The notes: a model not told the origin generated them from the sequence alone. Counted from the stretch's first letter, positions 9,577-20,340 are shown. The stretch is 64,000 nucleotides of DNA from Sphingobacteriales bacterium (GCA_018262795.1 JADFDM010000001.1:280283-344282); one strand, 5' to 3'. A program made the numbers and translations.

Positions 9577-11436
9577 TTAATCCAAAGTAAATTCTTTTTT
9601 CCAATCAGCATTCTCTTTCCACTTTGCTTGCTCCGCCTTCGATAAAATATAATTGCCGATTACTAAGAAGTCCATCTCGGTGCGCATGAAACATTTAAAG
9701 GCATCGTCAGGTGTGCAAACCGGTGGTTCGCCTCGCACATTAAAACTGGTATTCACTAAAAGGCTGTAACCCGTGAGTGCTTTAAATTTTTTGAGCAGTA
9801 AATGAAAGCGCGGATTTGTTTCGGCATAGATAGTTTGCACGCGAGCTGAAAAATCAACATGAGTAACTGCCGGTATATCGGAGCGCAAATGATACAGCCT
9901 CTCCATCATGGACAGCGAAAAATAGTTTTCGGGAATTTCAGTTCTTCGCGATTCTTTTACCGGAGCCACTAATAACATGTAAGGGGAAGCGGCATCGAGG
10001 TCGAAATAGTCGTTTGCCTCTTCGGCCAATACCGATGGGGCAAATGGGCGAAACCCTTCGCGATATTTTATTTTCAAGTTTAGCTTCTTTTGCATTTCAG
10101 CATTGCGCGCATCGCTCAAAATGCTTCTGTTGCCTAATGCTCGTGGGCCAAATTCCATGCGACCTTGCATCCATCCCACTATTTTTCCTTCGCTGATAAG
10201 CTGAGCTGTTCTTTCTGCCAATGCTTCAAAGTTTTCAGGCTTTGTAAACGGTGCTTTGTATTTGCGTAAGGTCTGCTCTATATCTAAATCCGAAAACTCA
10301 GGGCCGAGATACGAGCCTTTCATCGCATCCGTTGTGTAGAATGTATTTCTCTCCTGATGATAGTGGATGTAATAGGCCGCTTGCGCTGCTCCCACGGCTC
10401 CACCTGCATCCCCAGATGCGGGCTGAATGAAAAGTTGTTTGAACAATCCACTCCGCAACAAATGCCCATTCGCTACGCAGTTCAAGGCCACTCCCCCGGC
10501 CATACAAAGGTTTTCACTGCCGGTCAGTTGCTTCGCCTCCGCAGCCATCTTTATCACTATATCTTCTGTCACTTTTTGAATCGCGTAAGCCAAGTTGCAA
10601 TGATGCTGTTGCAATTCATCCGCCTCTTCTCTTTTTTTGAAACCGAAAAGTTTTTCCCATTTCGCATCAAACACCATTCGCAAACCGGTAGCGTAATTGA
10701 AATATTTCTGATTTAGGTGAATAGAACCGTCTGCTTTAATATCAGCTAATTGTTCGGTGATGATTTTTAGGTATTCGGCCACTTTGGGAGAATCGGAATT
10801 GCCATACGGAGCCAAGCCCATCAGTTTATACTCTCCTGAATTTACCTTGAAGCCGAGGAAATAAGTAAAAGCAGAATAGAGTAATCCCACGGAGTGAGGG
10901 AAGTGAAGCTCTTTCAAAATTTCAATGGAATTGCCTTTCCCTATTCCGATAGAAGCTGTAGCCCATTCGCCTACGCCATCAATCGTAAGAATGGCTGATT
11001 CAGAAAAAGGAGAGGAGTAGAAAGCACTGGCGGCATGGGATAGATGATGCTCCGGGAACAGAAATTTCAGATTCTTGTGGTAGCCATCTATTTGCTCTAA
11101 CTCTTCTCGGATAACTCGCTTCAGAAAAATTTTCTCCTTGATCCATATCGGCATGGAGGTGACAAAAGAGGCGACCCCTCTGGGGGCAAAGCCGTAGTAG
11201 GTCTCTAACAGTCGCTCAAACTTGAGCAACGGCTTATCATAAAAGGCAATGGCTTCTATGTCTTTTAGATTTCTGCCGGAGTATTGTAAGCAAAACTTTA
11301 TGGCGTTAACCGGAAACGCAGCATCGTGTTTTTTGCGAGTAAATCGTTCCTCCTGAGCCGCAGCAATTATTTCTCCATCTTCAATGATGGCAGCAGCAGA
11401 GTCATGGTAAAAAGCTGAAATTCCAAGAATGGTCAT
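9577..11436 (-). CDS. O-carbamoyltransferase (NodU/CmcH family, SxtI-like)
   Basis: GISAFYHDSAA, HHLSHAASAF, GEYKLMGLAPYG, GGVALNC, EFGPRALGNRS and NTSFNVRGEP motifs. Confidence 0.95.
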   Translation of the reverse strand: MTILGISAFYHDSAAAIIEDGEIIAAAQEERFTRKKHDAAFPVNAIKFCLQYSGRNLKDIEAIAFYDKPLLKFERLLETYYGFAPRGVASFVTSMPIWIKEKIFLKRVIREELEQIDGYHKNLKFLFPEHHLSHAASAFYSSPFSESAILTIDGVGEWATASIGIGKGNSIEILKELHFPHSVGLLYSAFTYFLGFKVNSGEYKLMGLAPYGNSDSPKVAEYLKIITEQLADIKADGSIHLNQKYFNYATGLRMVFDAKWEKLFGFKKREEADELQQHHCNLAYAIQKVTEDIVIKMAAEAKQLTGSENLCMAGGVALNCVANGHLLRSGLFKQLFIQPASGDAGGAVGAAQAAYYIHYHQERNTFYTTDAMKGSYLGPEFSDLDIEQTLRKYKAPFTKPENFEALAERTAQLISEGKIVGWMQGRMEFGPRALGNRSILSDARNAEMQKKLNLKIKYREGFRPFAPSVLAEEANDYFDLDAASPYMLLVAPVKESRRTEIPENYFSLSMMERLYHLRSDIPAVTHVDFSARVQTIYAETNPRFHLLLKKFKALTGYSLLVNTSFNVRGEPPVCTPDDAFKCFMRTEMDFLVIGNYILSKAEQAKWKENADWKKEFTLD

Positions 11437-11468
11437 GTGCAGGTTGCAAAATAGAAACTTGCCACCAC

Positions 11469-12413
11469 TTATTTATTTGCTGAGAGATATTGCCGCACGT
11501 TATGATCAATTCGCTCCATCACGTTGGAGGTTTCGTCAATGGCAAAATTTTTTCCCGTCACTTTCTCATATAACTCAATGTACCGGTGAGTGATAGTTTC
11601 AACAAACAAATCGGGCAGTTCCGGCATTACTTGCCCTTCCTTTCCCTGAAAGCCGTTTTCGATCAGCCATTGCCGCACAAATTCTTTGCTGAGTTGTTGT
11701 TGCGCTTCGCCCTTTTGCTGCCTTTCATGGAATCCTTCCAAATAAAAATAGCGGGAGGAATCAGGGGTGTGTATTTCATCAATCAACATCACTTCTCCAT
11801 CGGCTATTCCAAATTCGTACTTGGTGTCCACCAGAATAAGTCCGCGCTCGTTGGCCATTTTTTGTCCTCGGTCAAACAAAGCATAAGTGTATTTCTCCAT
11901 GGTAGCATACACAGCTTCGCTCACAATGCCGCGTTTCAAAATATCTTCGCGCGAAATATCCTCATCATGTCCTTCTTCCGCTTTCGTACTGGGGGTAATA
12001 ATCGGTGTGGGCAACCGGTCGTTTTCTTTCAAGCCTTCGGGAAGTGATACTCCGCAAAGTTTTCGTTTCCCTGTTTTGTATTCACGGGCGGCATGGCCGG
12101 CCAAATAGCCGCGAATAACCATTTCAATTCGCACCGGCTCACATCTTTTACCGATAGAAACATTCGGGTCGGGCACGGCTAGCAGCCAATTGGGAACAAT
12201 GTCTTTGGTCGCCTCCAAAAAGTGAGCGGCAATTTGATTGAGCACCGCTCCTTTATGAGGAATTGGTTTCGATAAAATATGATCGAAGGCCGAAATGCGG
12301 TCGGTGGCTACGGCCACTAATTTTTCTCCAATGGTATATACATCGCGCACCTTGCCGTGGTACACTTTTGATTGTCCGGGGAAATTGAAATTTGTATCTC
12401 TGATAGCTTTCAT
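11469..12413 (-). CDS. purC: SAICAR synthetase
   Basis: [42 protein letters not shown] and SKEFVRQW motifs. Confidence 0.95.
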   Translation of the reverse strand: MKAIRDTNFNFPGQSKVYHGKVRDVYTIGEKLVAVATDRISAFDHILSKPIPHKGAVLNQIAAHFLEATKDIVPNWLLAVPDPNVSIGKRCEPVRIEMVIRGYLAGHAAREYKTGKRKLCGVSLPEGLKENDRLPTPIITPSTKAEEGHDEDISREDILKRGIVSEAVYATMEKYTYALFDRGQKMANERGLILVDTKYEFGIADGEVMLIDEIHTPDSSRYFYLEGFHERQQKGEAQQQLSKEFVRQWLIENGFQGKEGQVMPELPDLFVETITHRYIELYEKVTGKNFAIDETSNVMERIDHNVRQYLSANK

Positions 12414-12462
12414 GAGCACTGAATTAATGTCGCAAAAATAAGAGGAGCATTTACACTAAGGC

Positions 12463-13440
12463 TTATTCTTTATCAATATCCTTTCGCTGACTTTCCGTTA
12501 GCTTTTCATAGGCTTTGATAATTTCTTTCACCAAGCGGTGGCGCACCACATCTGACTCGTTCAGGCGAACAGTTGAAATGCCTTCTACCGGTTGCAGAAT
12601 ACGAATCGCAGTTCCCAATCCCGATTTTATTTTAGGCGGTAAGTCTATTTGAGTGGGGTCCCCGGTAATGATTACTTTGGAATGAGTGCCCACCCTTGTC
12701 AGAAACATTTTCAACTGCATGTCGGTACAGTTTTGCGCTTCGTCCAAAATAATAAAAGCGTGGTCTAAAGTTCGCCCCCGCATAAATGCCAGTGGCGCTA
12801 CCTCTATCCCTCTGTTTTCCATATAGTAGGTCAACTTATCGGCAGGTATCATATCATCGAGGGCATCGTAAAGTGGGCGCAGATACGGATCAATTTTTTC
12901 TTTCAAGTCACCGGGCAAAAAACCAAGACTCTCTCCCGCCTCTACTGCCGGACGAGTGAGAATGATTTTCTTCACATTCTTTTCTTTCAGCGCTCTCACG
13001 GCCAGGGCTACGGCTGTGTATGTTTTGCCCGTTCCTGCCGGTCCGATTGCAAACACTATATCGTTTTTCTCGCTCTCCTTCACCATCTGTAATTGATTCT
13101 CGGTGCGAGCCTTCACTACTAAGCCATTATTGCCATACACAATCACCTGGCTATTTATTTTATCCACTTTTTGCTTGCCGTTTTTATCGTCAGTAGTCAT
13201 TATGGTTTCTATGTTTTCTTCGTTTAACCGGCCATAGCGCTCAATGTGATCCACCATTCGGTGTACCTTCTGCTTAAACACTGCAAGGTCATCATCATTG
13301 CCTTCGGCTTTGATGGAGTTGCCGCGTGAAACCATGCGCAGCGTGGGGAAACTTTTCTTGATGTAATTGAAGCGGGAATTATTAACCCCGAAAAAATCAA
13401 TGGGGTCTATCCCTTCTATGTTGAAAGTTATTTCTGTCAA
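12463..13440 (-). CDS. phoH: PhoH family ATPase with N-terminal KH-like region
   Basis: GPAGTGKT Walker A, RPAVEAGESLGFLPGD, LAFMRGRTL and LDEAQN motifs. Confidence 0.93.
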   Translation of the reverse strand: MTEITFNIEGIDPIDFFGVNNSRFNYIKKSFPTLRMVSRGNSIKAEGNDDDLAVFKQKVHRMVDHIERYGRLNEENIETIMTTDDKNGKQKVDKINSQVIVYGNNGLVVKARTENQLQMVKESEKNDIVFAIGPAGTGKTYTAVALAVRALKEKNVKKIILTRPAVEAGESLGFLPGDLKEKIDPYLRPLYDALDDMIPADKLTYYMENRGIEVAPLAFMRGRTLDHAFIILDEAQNCTDMQLKMFLTRVGTHSKVIITGDPTQIDLPPKIKSGLGTAIRILQPVEGISTVRLNESDVVRHRLVKEIIKAYEKLTESQRKDIDKE

Positions 13441-13582
13441 ATCGCTGGTTGTTTAATACCCAAATTTACAAATTACCAAGGTCCGGTAGTGTACAGCAAA
13501 ATATATCTATCCACACTTTTTTCCACTTAAAGAGGTTTTGATGTTGCGATAAATAAAAGATTTTTGTTAAAGAAAAATTTCA

Positions 13583-14353
13583 ATGGCGCTGATAACCTTT
13601 ACCACTGATCTCGGAACTCGAGATTACTACCTCGCAGCTTTAAAAGGTGCCATCATTAGCCACTGCGAGAATTTTGTGCCTATGGTGGACGTGACTCACT
13701 CCGTAAAATCTTTTGACATCCGCGAAGCTGCCTTTACGGTGCGCAATAGTTTTCGGTATTTTCCCGCAGGCACTATTCACGTGGTGCACGTTAATTCCAC
13801 TGACGGAGGAGGTAAACTTTTATTAGCAGTCGTGGAGGGGCATTATTTTCTCACTTTCGATAATGGCTTTCTGTCGCTGGCTTTTGGCAAAACACCGCAC
13901 GAAACTTATCAGATAAATGAGGAGTTGCTCGAAGGACATTCTCTTTTGTTTGAGGCGGCCATCGGACAGGTGATAAACTTACTGCTGACGGAATACAAGC
14001 CCGGTGACTTTGCTCAATTAACTACCGAAGCAAGAAGTTTTCGCTTGTTGCAACCCATCACTTCCAAAGGTTCTATCAAGGGAACCATCACTTATATTGA
14101 TAATTACGGAAACGCTATCAGCAACATTACCCGACAGATGTTTGATGAGTGTATTGGTGAGCGATCCTTCTCCGTGATGCTGAACGTTGCGTTCACGAAA
14201 ACGATCAGCCGTCATTACGATGAAGTGGAAGAGGGCGACTTTGTTTGCCTATTCAACACCGCAGGGCTTTTAGAAATTGCCATCCATAAAGGGCAAGCGA
14301 ATAACCTGTTAGGAATGCGGCAGGAGTCGGTCGTGCTTATCACTGCCGATTAA
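13583..14353 (+). CDS. SAM hydroxide adenosyltransferase / chlorinase-fluorinase superfamily protein (DUF62), divergent
   Basis: LITFTTDLG, VDVTH, FPAGTIHV, DNGFL, YIDNYGNAISNI and GLLEIAI motifs. The DPGVG and TFHGRD motifs are absent. Confidence 0.85.
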   Translation: MALITFTTDLGTRDYYLAALKGAIISHCENFVPMVDVTHSVKSFDIREAAFTVRNSFRYFPAGTIHVVHVNSTDGGGKLLLAVVEGHYFLTFDNGFLSLAFGKTPHETYQINEELLEGHSLLFEAAIGQVINLLLTEYKPGDFAQLTTEARSFRLLQPITSKGSIKGTITYIDNYGNAISNITRQMFDECIGERSFSVMLNVAFTKTISRHYDEVEEGDFVCLFNTAGLLEIAIHKGQANNLLGMRQESVVLITAD

Positions 14354-14484
14354 TCAAACACTTTTTATTCTTCCTTTCAGTTTGGACTAAGCTTGCAAGT
14401 GCGGGTAGGTGCTGTAAATAGTAGTCGTTTATCTTACTGATTACTCACTACTATTTTCTCACTCCTTACTCAGCACATTTACAT

Positions 14485-15984
14485 TCAACCCTTCTTTGTA
14501 AACCTCAAATCGCCCCGCCTACATATTTTATGTTGCGGGATGGTTATTTTGAGAGCGGCATGTATATCGGCATTGTACACATATTTTTTGGCAAACAAAC
14601 CCAACAAATCCTGCGTGCCGATGGTGAGCGGACCTAAGCGTAAGGTGGTGCCGATGCTGAAGTTCCCATTTACATCATACGATAAGGGAAGGTACACGCC
14701 AATCCATTTGTTCTCGTATTTTCCGGTAAGGGCAAAGGTGGTAACGTGGTGCACCATCCTCCATTGTGGCGACATGTTGGGTGAAATCATGGCCGACACG
14801 GTGACTCCGAAATCTTTCCAAATATTGTAATCTACATAGAGATTAAAGCGGGTGGGCAGCCACACGGTGAAGTAAGCGCTGCCGTTTTGTTGCACAAAGC
14901 GCGCTTGGATAGTGTCGTCTAAACTTTGCAAGCCATCGGGATATTGTGCGTTGCCCACGTTCCAGTTTTGAATGTCGGCATAAAAATCACGGCTATCAGC
15001 AGAGCGCTTCAACCGCAATGCTCCTAAATCCATCATCGCAAAACCTACCGCCAGTTTATAGCGTTTCTTCTCACTAAAATCTTCGCAGTGGCAATCCATC
15101 ACGGCATCTTTACTTTTATCGGGCCACCATTCATATACCATTCCTAAATCAATGGCAGCAGTGGGTTTACCGGCTTTAAACGCCATTGCCTCGCGCAGGT
15201 AGTTCATCGGGCCGGCTTGGGCGCTGTTCCCGGAAGAGGAGGTTAGCCCATCAGAATAAGCATACTTGGCTTCGGTATTGCGAATGCTCAGCAACTCGTA
15301 TTCGCTCCATTGGTAGTTCAGATTTCGCACATAGCCATAGCCTCCGGCAATCGGTTGCAACAACTTAAAAGTGCCCCCTACTTTTATCAAACTTTGCCGT
15401 TTGTTGTACACCACTCGCGAATAGGTAATGCCGAAATCATTCCAGATGGCTCCCTTTAGTGAAAGGTTTCCGTTGTGCAACTCAGCTCCCATGTAGTGAG
15501 TCAGCGCATTGGCTTGCGTGCCGAGGCCGTGATAGGCAGTGCGGGCAAATACTTCGGTGATGTTATCGGCATTGAACACCGCGTTGGCGTGGTAGCTGAA
15601 ACCGATGGCATTCAAGTATCTGTTTTTCTTGGGGCCGAAGGAGAACATAAAGGACAATGGCCCCTGTATCTGTGCTCCAAAATAGCCGCTTTTGTTCTTT
15701 CCATTCACCCGTTCGTGCAGGTAGGAGGTTTGAAAATCGGACCGGTTGAAATAGGAGGGATGCAGCAGCGCCTTGCGGTCTATCCCCACATAATTATTGT
15801 TGATCGTGGCAGCAGCACTAATCAGGTTAATATCCACCAAAAAGGGACTGTTGGCCATGGCCGGGTTGTAATTTACATTGGTAATTCCTCCGTAAGCGCT
15901 GCCTCGCAGGCCGAGGAAGAATTGGGCGTTTGCTTCGAGCGTGAAGCAAACGGCCAAGAAGAGTGCTGACAAACTTTTGTTCAT
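14485..15984 (-). CDS. DUF5723-like outer membrane beta-barrel protein
   Basis: Signal peptide, SAYGGITNVNYNPA N-terminus, alternating beta-strand pattern, and LPTRFNLYVDY and LRLGPLTIGT near the C-terminus. Confidence 0.7.
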   Translation of the reverse strand: MNKSLSALFLAVCFTLEANAQFFLGLRGSAYGGITNVNYNPAMANSPFLVDINLISAAATINNNYVGIDRKALLHPSYFNRSDFQTSYLHERVNGKNKSGYFGAQIQGPLSFMFSFGPKKNRYLNAIGFSYHANAVFNADNITEVFARTAYHGLGTQANALTHYMGAELHNGNLSLKGAIWNDFGITYSRVVYNKRQSLIKVGGTFKLLQPIAGGYGYVRNLNYQWSEYELLSIRNTEAKYAYSDGLTSSSGNSAQAGPMNYLREAMAFKAGKPTAAIDLGMVYEWWPDKSKDAVMDCHCEDFSEKKRYKLAVGFAMMDLGALRLKRSADSRDFYADIQNWNVGNAQYPDGLQSLDDTIQARFVQQNGSAYFTVWLPTRFNLYVDYNIWKDFGVTVSAMISPNMSPQWRMVHHVTTFALTGKYENKWIGVYLPLSYDVNGNFSIGTTLRLGPLTIGTQDLLGLFAKKYVYNADIHAALKITIPQHKICRRGDLRFTKKG

Positions 15985-16304
15985 GACTGGTTGGGTTTAA
16001 TGAAACAAAAGTGGAAGTCATGGCATAGTGTGGCGGCTTATGGGTATGTAACGCAGGACTATTAATTTTTAGTATGTGGAGATATTGATGCGGTTGGGAA
16101 TTTGGGTAGCTACCCCTCGGAAACAGTTTCCCAACATGCGCTGGCATATATGCAAATGGGTAAAAAAGTTTCCCGCAATGGGCTTACAAATACAATGACA
16201 GAAACACCTGTCTTTTATCGGATGGCGAATACCTCCACCGTTAATAAAATTGATATTCCCCGATTAGGGCTTGTTAAAAGAGCGGAGAACCGGAGAAGTG
16301 CTTT

Positions 16305-19300
16305 TCAATCTTCCGTCAGGGTGCTTGCCTTCATCATTTCTTTTAACTGGGCATTATCCTGCGAGAGCATATCTACTGTATCTTGTAGGTCTTCAATCAT
16401 CTTTTGTTGTTCCTGCACGGCTTTAACCAAAGGCACTACAAACTCGGCATAACTGATTTTGTACACATCCTGCTCATTCTGTGGCGTGGTAACTCCCGAA
16501 AAGTTAAAGTTCGATTCTTTGGCGGCCTGTTCTACTTGTTGGGCCAAAAAGCCGGTGTATTGTATGCTCTCTTTGTTTCGCTTGGCCTCGTTCCAGTCTT
16601 TTGCATCCTCTTCGTTCTTTAATTTGAAATTGGTGATGGCTTCGTATTTGTCGAGGTCAAGGTGATAGGTAACCGGTTTAAGCCGTTTAATAAATTCAAG
16701 TCCCGGAACATTCTCTGTTACCTTTTTCTTTATTCGTTGATCTGAAATATTGCTCCAGTTGGTCCATCCGCCAGTCACTGTAACACTGGAATTTCCTAAA
16801 AGGGCAACATTGCTGGAAGTAGTCAGGCAGTTAGCTCCCACCACAGTTACATTGTGTTGTGTAGAGGTGCCACTATTAGGGTTTGCATTATAGCCAACTG
16901 CAGTATTTAGGTATCCTTGAGATAACACATCATCGGCACCATAACCCAGAGCGGTATTTTCATAACCGGTAGAATTGGCATTCATGCAGGTTCCAAGAGC
17001 TACATTGTAATATCCCGTGGTGTTGTTCGGCATAGAGCTATAGCCGGTGGCTGTATTATAGTAACCGGTTGTGTTGTCATACATACTGGTGTAACCTATA
17101 GCTGTATTTCGGTAACCATTTGAAACGCTGGTAGGGTTATTATGGTATAAAGAATAATTACCTATAGCTGTATTATAGGTGCCGTAAGCTGCATTTCCAT
17201 TAGCATATGATTGGTAGTACATAGCATAATAACCCATTGCACAATTATAGCTGGCATAGGTGTTAAGATACAAGGCAGAGTAACCTATAGCAGTATTACT
17301 ACCTCCCTCCGCATTATACCGCATAGAATTATCGCCAATCGCAGTATTTGCGGATCCTGTTGTATTTGAAAACAGGGAGTAAAGCCCGGACGCTGTATTG
17401 TAATTACCTGTCAGATTATTAAACATAGAATAATAACCAACAGCTGTATTAGATGCCCCGGTTGTATTCTCTCGAAGTGAAGCATATCCTACTCCGGTAT
17501 TGTAGGAACCTGAGGTAAGGGAGGTAAGACACAAAGCCCCCACAGCCGTAGTGTTTTTTGCAATGGTAGCGGAGGTCATAGCGGCATAGCCCACCGCTGT
17601 ATTTTCCCCGGTACTTGTATAGCTATATAGGGCAGAGTCACCTATGGCTACATTTTGTCTTGAAGTGGATGCATTATACAAGGCCTTGTTACCTATGGCC
17701 ACATTTTGATAGCCATTACCTATGTTGTACATGGCCGAATGTCCCACGGCTACATTGTGATAACCTGATGTAATGTTATATCCTGATTGATACCCTAACA
17801 TAGTATTCATCTCCGGGGTGGATGCTGTAGCTGTACTGCCGAACAATGCTTCTTTGCCGAAAGCGGTATTCTCACTTCCGGTGGTATTATTATTTGCCGC
17901 GAACTGTCCCATCACTGTGTTATCACTTCCTGTCGTATTATCCTGTCCGGCATAAGCTCCTACATAGCTATTGCCAACGGCCGTAGTGCTGCTTTGTAAG
18001 GTGTAGTAGCCCACTGCTGTATTCTGCTCACCGGTGGTGTTCGAGTTCATAGCATCGGTTCCTACTACCGTATTTCGGTAGCCGCTGGTGTTTGTCCCTA
18101 ATGAATTAAACCCGATGCTCACATTGCTATATCCGGTATTGTTTTGTAAGGCTTGGCTGCCGATAGCTGTATTCCAATAGGTTGAGTTGTTACTATAAAG
18201 CGCATGATATCCAATGGCCGTGTTATGAAAACCGTTAGTATTGGCGAAGAGCGATTTGGAGCCCACTGCCGTATTGTTCTCTCCAAACGTGTTGCTGAAT
18301 AAAGAAGAATCACCCACAGCCACCAGAAAACTTTTTTGAGTGTTGTTATACAGCGACCCGCTTCCTACGGCTACATTATGATAGCCGGTCACATTTAGCA
18401 GTAGAGATTGATAACCTACAGCTGTATTTCCTGAACCGGTATTATTCCAACCTAAGGAGGCCTGGCCCACTGCTGTATTGGTGCCTCCAACGATGTTAGC
18501 CCCCAATGCTTCACTACCGAGTGCGGTATTTCCTGACCCGGTAGAATTTGAATTCAAACTATAATACCCTATTGCTGTATTTGAAATTCCTGTGGTGTTC
18601 GATTTGAGAGCCCAGTTGCCCAACGAAGAGTTATTAATACCGGTGGTGTTGAAATAAAGAGCCTGATAACCGGTGGCGGTGTTGTTGCTTCCCGTAGTAT
18701 TACTCCACAGCGTTTGATAGCCGGTGGCGGTGTTGTAGTTGCCGGTGTTAGCGCTGGCAGTACTGGAGCCACGTAGTGCTTCATAGCCAATCGCTACATT
18801 GTAGCAGGTAAAGGGAGTTGCGGCACTATTTGCATAGTACATGGCGTTATAGCCAACAACAGTGGCGTTAGAGCCGGCTATATTGGAAGTAAATGCAAGA
18901 TGTCCAAGAGCGGTGTTGTTGCTCCCTATAGTGTTTTTGTAAAGAGCTTGCAGTCCGATAGCGGTATTGTTGCTGCCGGATGTATTGAAAAAAAGGGCAT
19001 TCCCACCGAAGGCAGCATTGTTGATTCCCGTGATATTGTTCCACATTACTTGGTAGCCGAGGGTGCTATTATAGTTTCCTGTGGTGTTAGAGAATAGAGC
19101 TTGAGTTCCGATAGCTGTGTTCTGTCCTCCGGTAGAGTTGTTTTTAAGTGCCTCATTTCCGTTCGCTACATTGTTATTTCCACCGATGTTTTCGTACAGT
19201 GCACTGTTCCCTGTGGCGGTATTATACCAACCGGTAGTGTTAGAAGTAAGAGCATTTGATCCGATGGCAGTATTTCTGCTTCCAGTGCTGTTAGCATATA

Positions 19301-20330
19301 ATGTCGCCTTTCCGTTGGCTGTATTATCACTTCCGGATGAATTGTACCTCATGGTTTTATAACCCGTAGCGGTGTTGTAGTTGCCGGTGTTGGCACTGGC
19401 GGTGACCGAGCCGCGCAGGGCTTCATAGCCAATCGCTACATTGTTATTGGTAAATGGGGTGGCAGTGTTGTTAGAAAACTGCATAGCATAGGCCCCGATA
19501 GCAGTGGCATTAGAACCGGCTACATTGGAATAAAGTGACTGATTACCGATAGTGGTGTTAAAACTTCCTGTGGTACTCGAATAAAGCGTTGATGCTCCAT
19601 TAGCAGTGTTTGAACTTCCGGTGGTGTTGTGGACAAGCGCATTTACTCCCAATGCTGAATTTTGATCTCCCGTAGAATTTAGTGCCAACGCAAAGCTGCC
19701 GATGGCCGTATTCCCAAATCCTGTCGAGCTAAGGGAAAGGGAGTTTTCACCGAATGATGAGTTAAAAGTTCCAGTAGAGGCCATATTTCCACTTTTGTAA
19801 CCCCAGTAGGTGTTGTGTAATAATTGGTCTATACGTCCACTCATTTGGTTATTTACCCGCACTGTAAAAGGAACATTATCTGTAGTACCAATAAAGTTGG
19901 TGCCGTCCACGGTGCTTGCATTGCCGATGGTACGCCAGTCGTTAGCAGTAGCATTCGCTACTACAGAATCGGCCGGTTTCCAGGTGGCATTGCCTAAAGC
20001 ATCGCTCATCAATACATAATCGTATCCCTGTGAGCCGTCTACCAATCGAAAGTTTCCATTCACATGAAGCCGTGAAGAAGGTGTAGCAGTTCCAATGCCT
20101 ACATTGCCGGTACTATCAACTACTGCTCTTTCAGCGTTATTGGTTCGTATGCGCCAACTAACATTGTCGGTAGTTCCAATAAAGTTGGTTCCGCTATTAG
20201 TGCCGGAGTTCCCTTTTACTTTCCAGAAGGGGAAGGTTGGGTTTTGCACTTCGGCTTGCCCCTTTAACTGAAGGTGAAAAGCCGAGAGACCTATCACACA
20301 CAGAGTCAATAACCAGATATTCTTTTTCAT
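16305..20330 (-). CDS. Secreted trimeric fibre-like protein: N-terminal W-x-GN modules, long array of ~14-aa NTAxG repeats, C-terminal Peptidase S74 intramolecular chaperone and coiled coil
   Basis: Signal peptide; dozens of NTA(I/T/V)GxxAL repeats; ISDQRIKK (S-D-x-R-x-K); LKPVTY, YTGFLAQQVE and VPLVKAVQEQQ motifs. Confidence 0.88.
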   Translation of the reverse strand: MKKNIWLLTLCVIGLSAFHLQLKGQAEVQNPTFPFWKVKGNSGTNSGTNFIGTTDNVSWRIRTNNAERAVVDSTGNVGIGTATPSSRLHVNGNFRLVDGSQGYDYVLMSDALGNATWKPADSVVANATANDWRTIGNASTVDGTNFIGTTDNVPFTVRVNNQMSGRIDQLLHNTYWGYKSGNMASTGTFNSSFGENSLSLSSTGFGNTAIGSFALALNSTGDQNSALGVNALVHNTTGSSNTANGASTLYSSTTGSFNTTIGNQSLYSNVAGSNATAIGAYAMQFSNNTATPFTNNNVAIGYEALRGSVTASANTGNYNTATGYKTMRYNSSGSDNTANGKATLYANSTGSRNTAIGSNALTSNTTGWYNTATGNSALYENIGGNNNVANGNEALKNNSTGGQNTAIGTQALFSNTTGNYNSTLGYQVMWNNITGINNAAFGGNALFFNTSGSNNTAIGLQALYKNTIGSNNTALGHLAFTSNIAGSNATVVGYNAMYYANSAATPFTCYNVAIGYEALRGSSTASANTGNYNTATGYQTLWSNTTGSNNTATGYQALYFNTTGINNSSLGNWALKSNTTGISNTAIGYYSLNSNSTGSGNTALGSEALGANIVGGTNTAVGQASLGWNNTGSGNTAVGYQSLLLNVTGYHNVAVGSGSLYNNTQKSFLVAVGDSSLFSNTFGENNTAVGSKSLFANTNGFHNTAIGYHALYSNNSTYWNTAIGSQALQNNTGYSNVSIGFNSLGTNTSGYRNTVVGTDAMNSNTTGEQNTAVGYYTLQSSTTAVGNSYVGAYAGQDNTTGSDNTVMGQFAANNNTTGSENTAFGKEALFGSTATASTPEMNTMLGYQSGYNITSGYHNVAVGHSAMYNIGNGYQNVAIGNKALYNASTSRQNVAIGDSALYSYTSTGENTAVGYAAMTSATIAKNTTAVGALCLTSLTSGSYNTGVGYASLRENTTGASNTAVGYYSMFNNLTGNYNTASGLYSLFSNTTGSANTAIGDNSMRYNAEGGSNTAIGYSALYLNTYASYNCAMGYYAMYYQSYANGNAAYGTYNTAIGNYSLYHNNPTSVSNGYRNTAIGYTSMYDNTTGYYNTATGYSSMPNNTTGYYNVALGTCMNANSTGYENTALGYGADDVLSQGYLNTAVGYNANPNSGTSTQHNVTVVGANCLTTSSNVALLGNSSVTVTGGWTNWSNISDQRIKKKVTENVPGLEFIKRLKPVTYHLDLDKYEAITNFKLKNEEDAKDWNEAKRNKESIQYTGFLAQQVEQAAKESNFNFSGVTTPQNEQDVYKISYAEFVVPLVKAVQEQQKMIEDLQDTVDMLSQDNAQLKEMMKASTLTED

Positions 20331-20340
20331 GCGTAGAAAT

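Noticed and set aside
9411-9611. N-terminal extension of the 195-aa ORF 9024-9611
   Set aside because: Overlaps the DUF5989 gene and the carbamoyltransferase end; ATG 9410 gives the family-typical length.
9024-11436. Saxitoxin biosynthesis
   Set aside because: Only the widespread sxtI/J/K-like trio is present; no sxtA, sxtG or sxtB equivalents.
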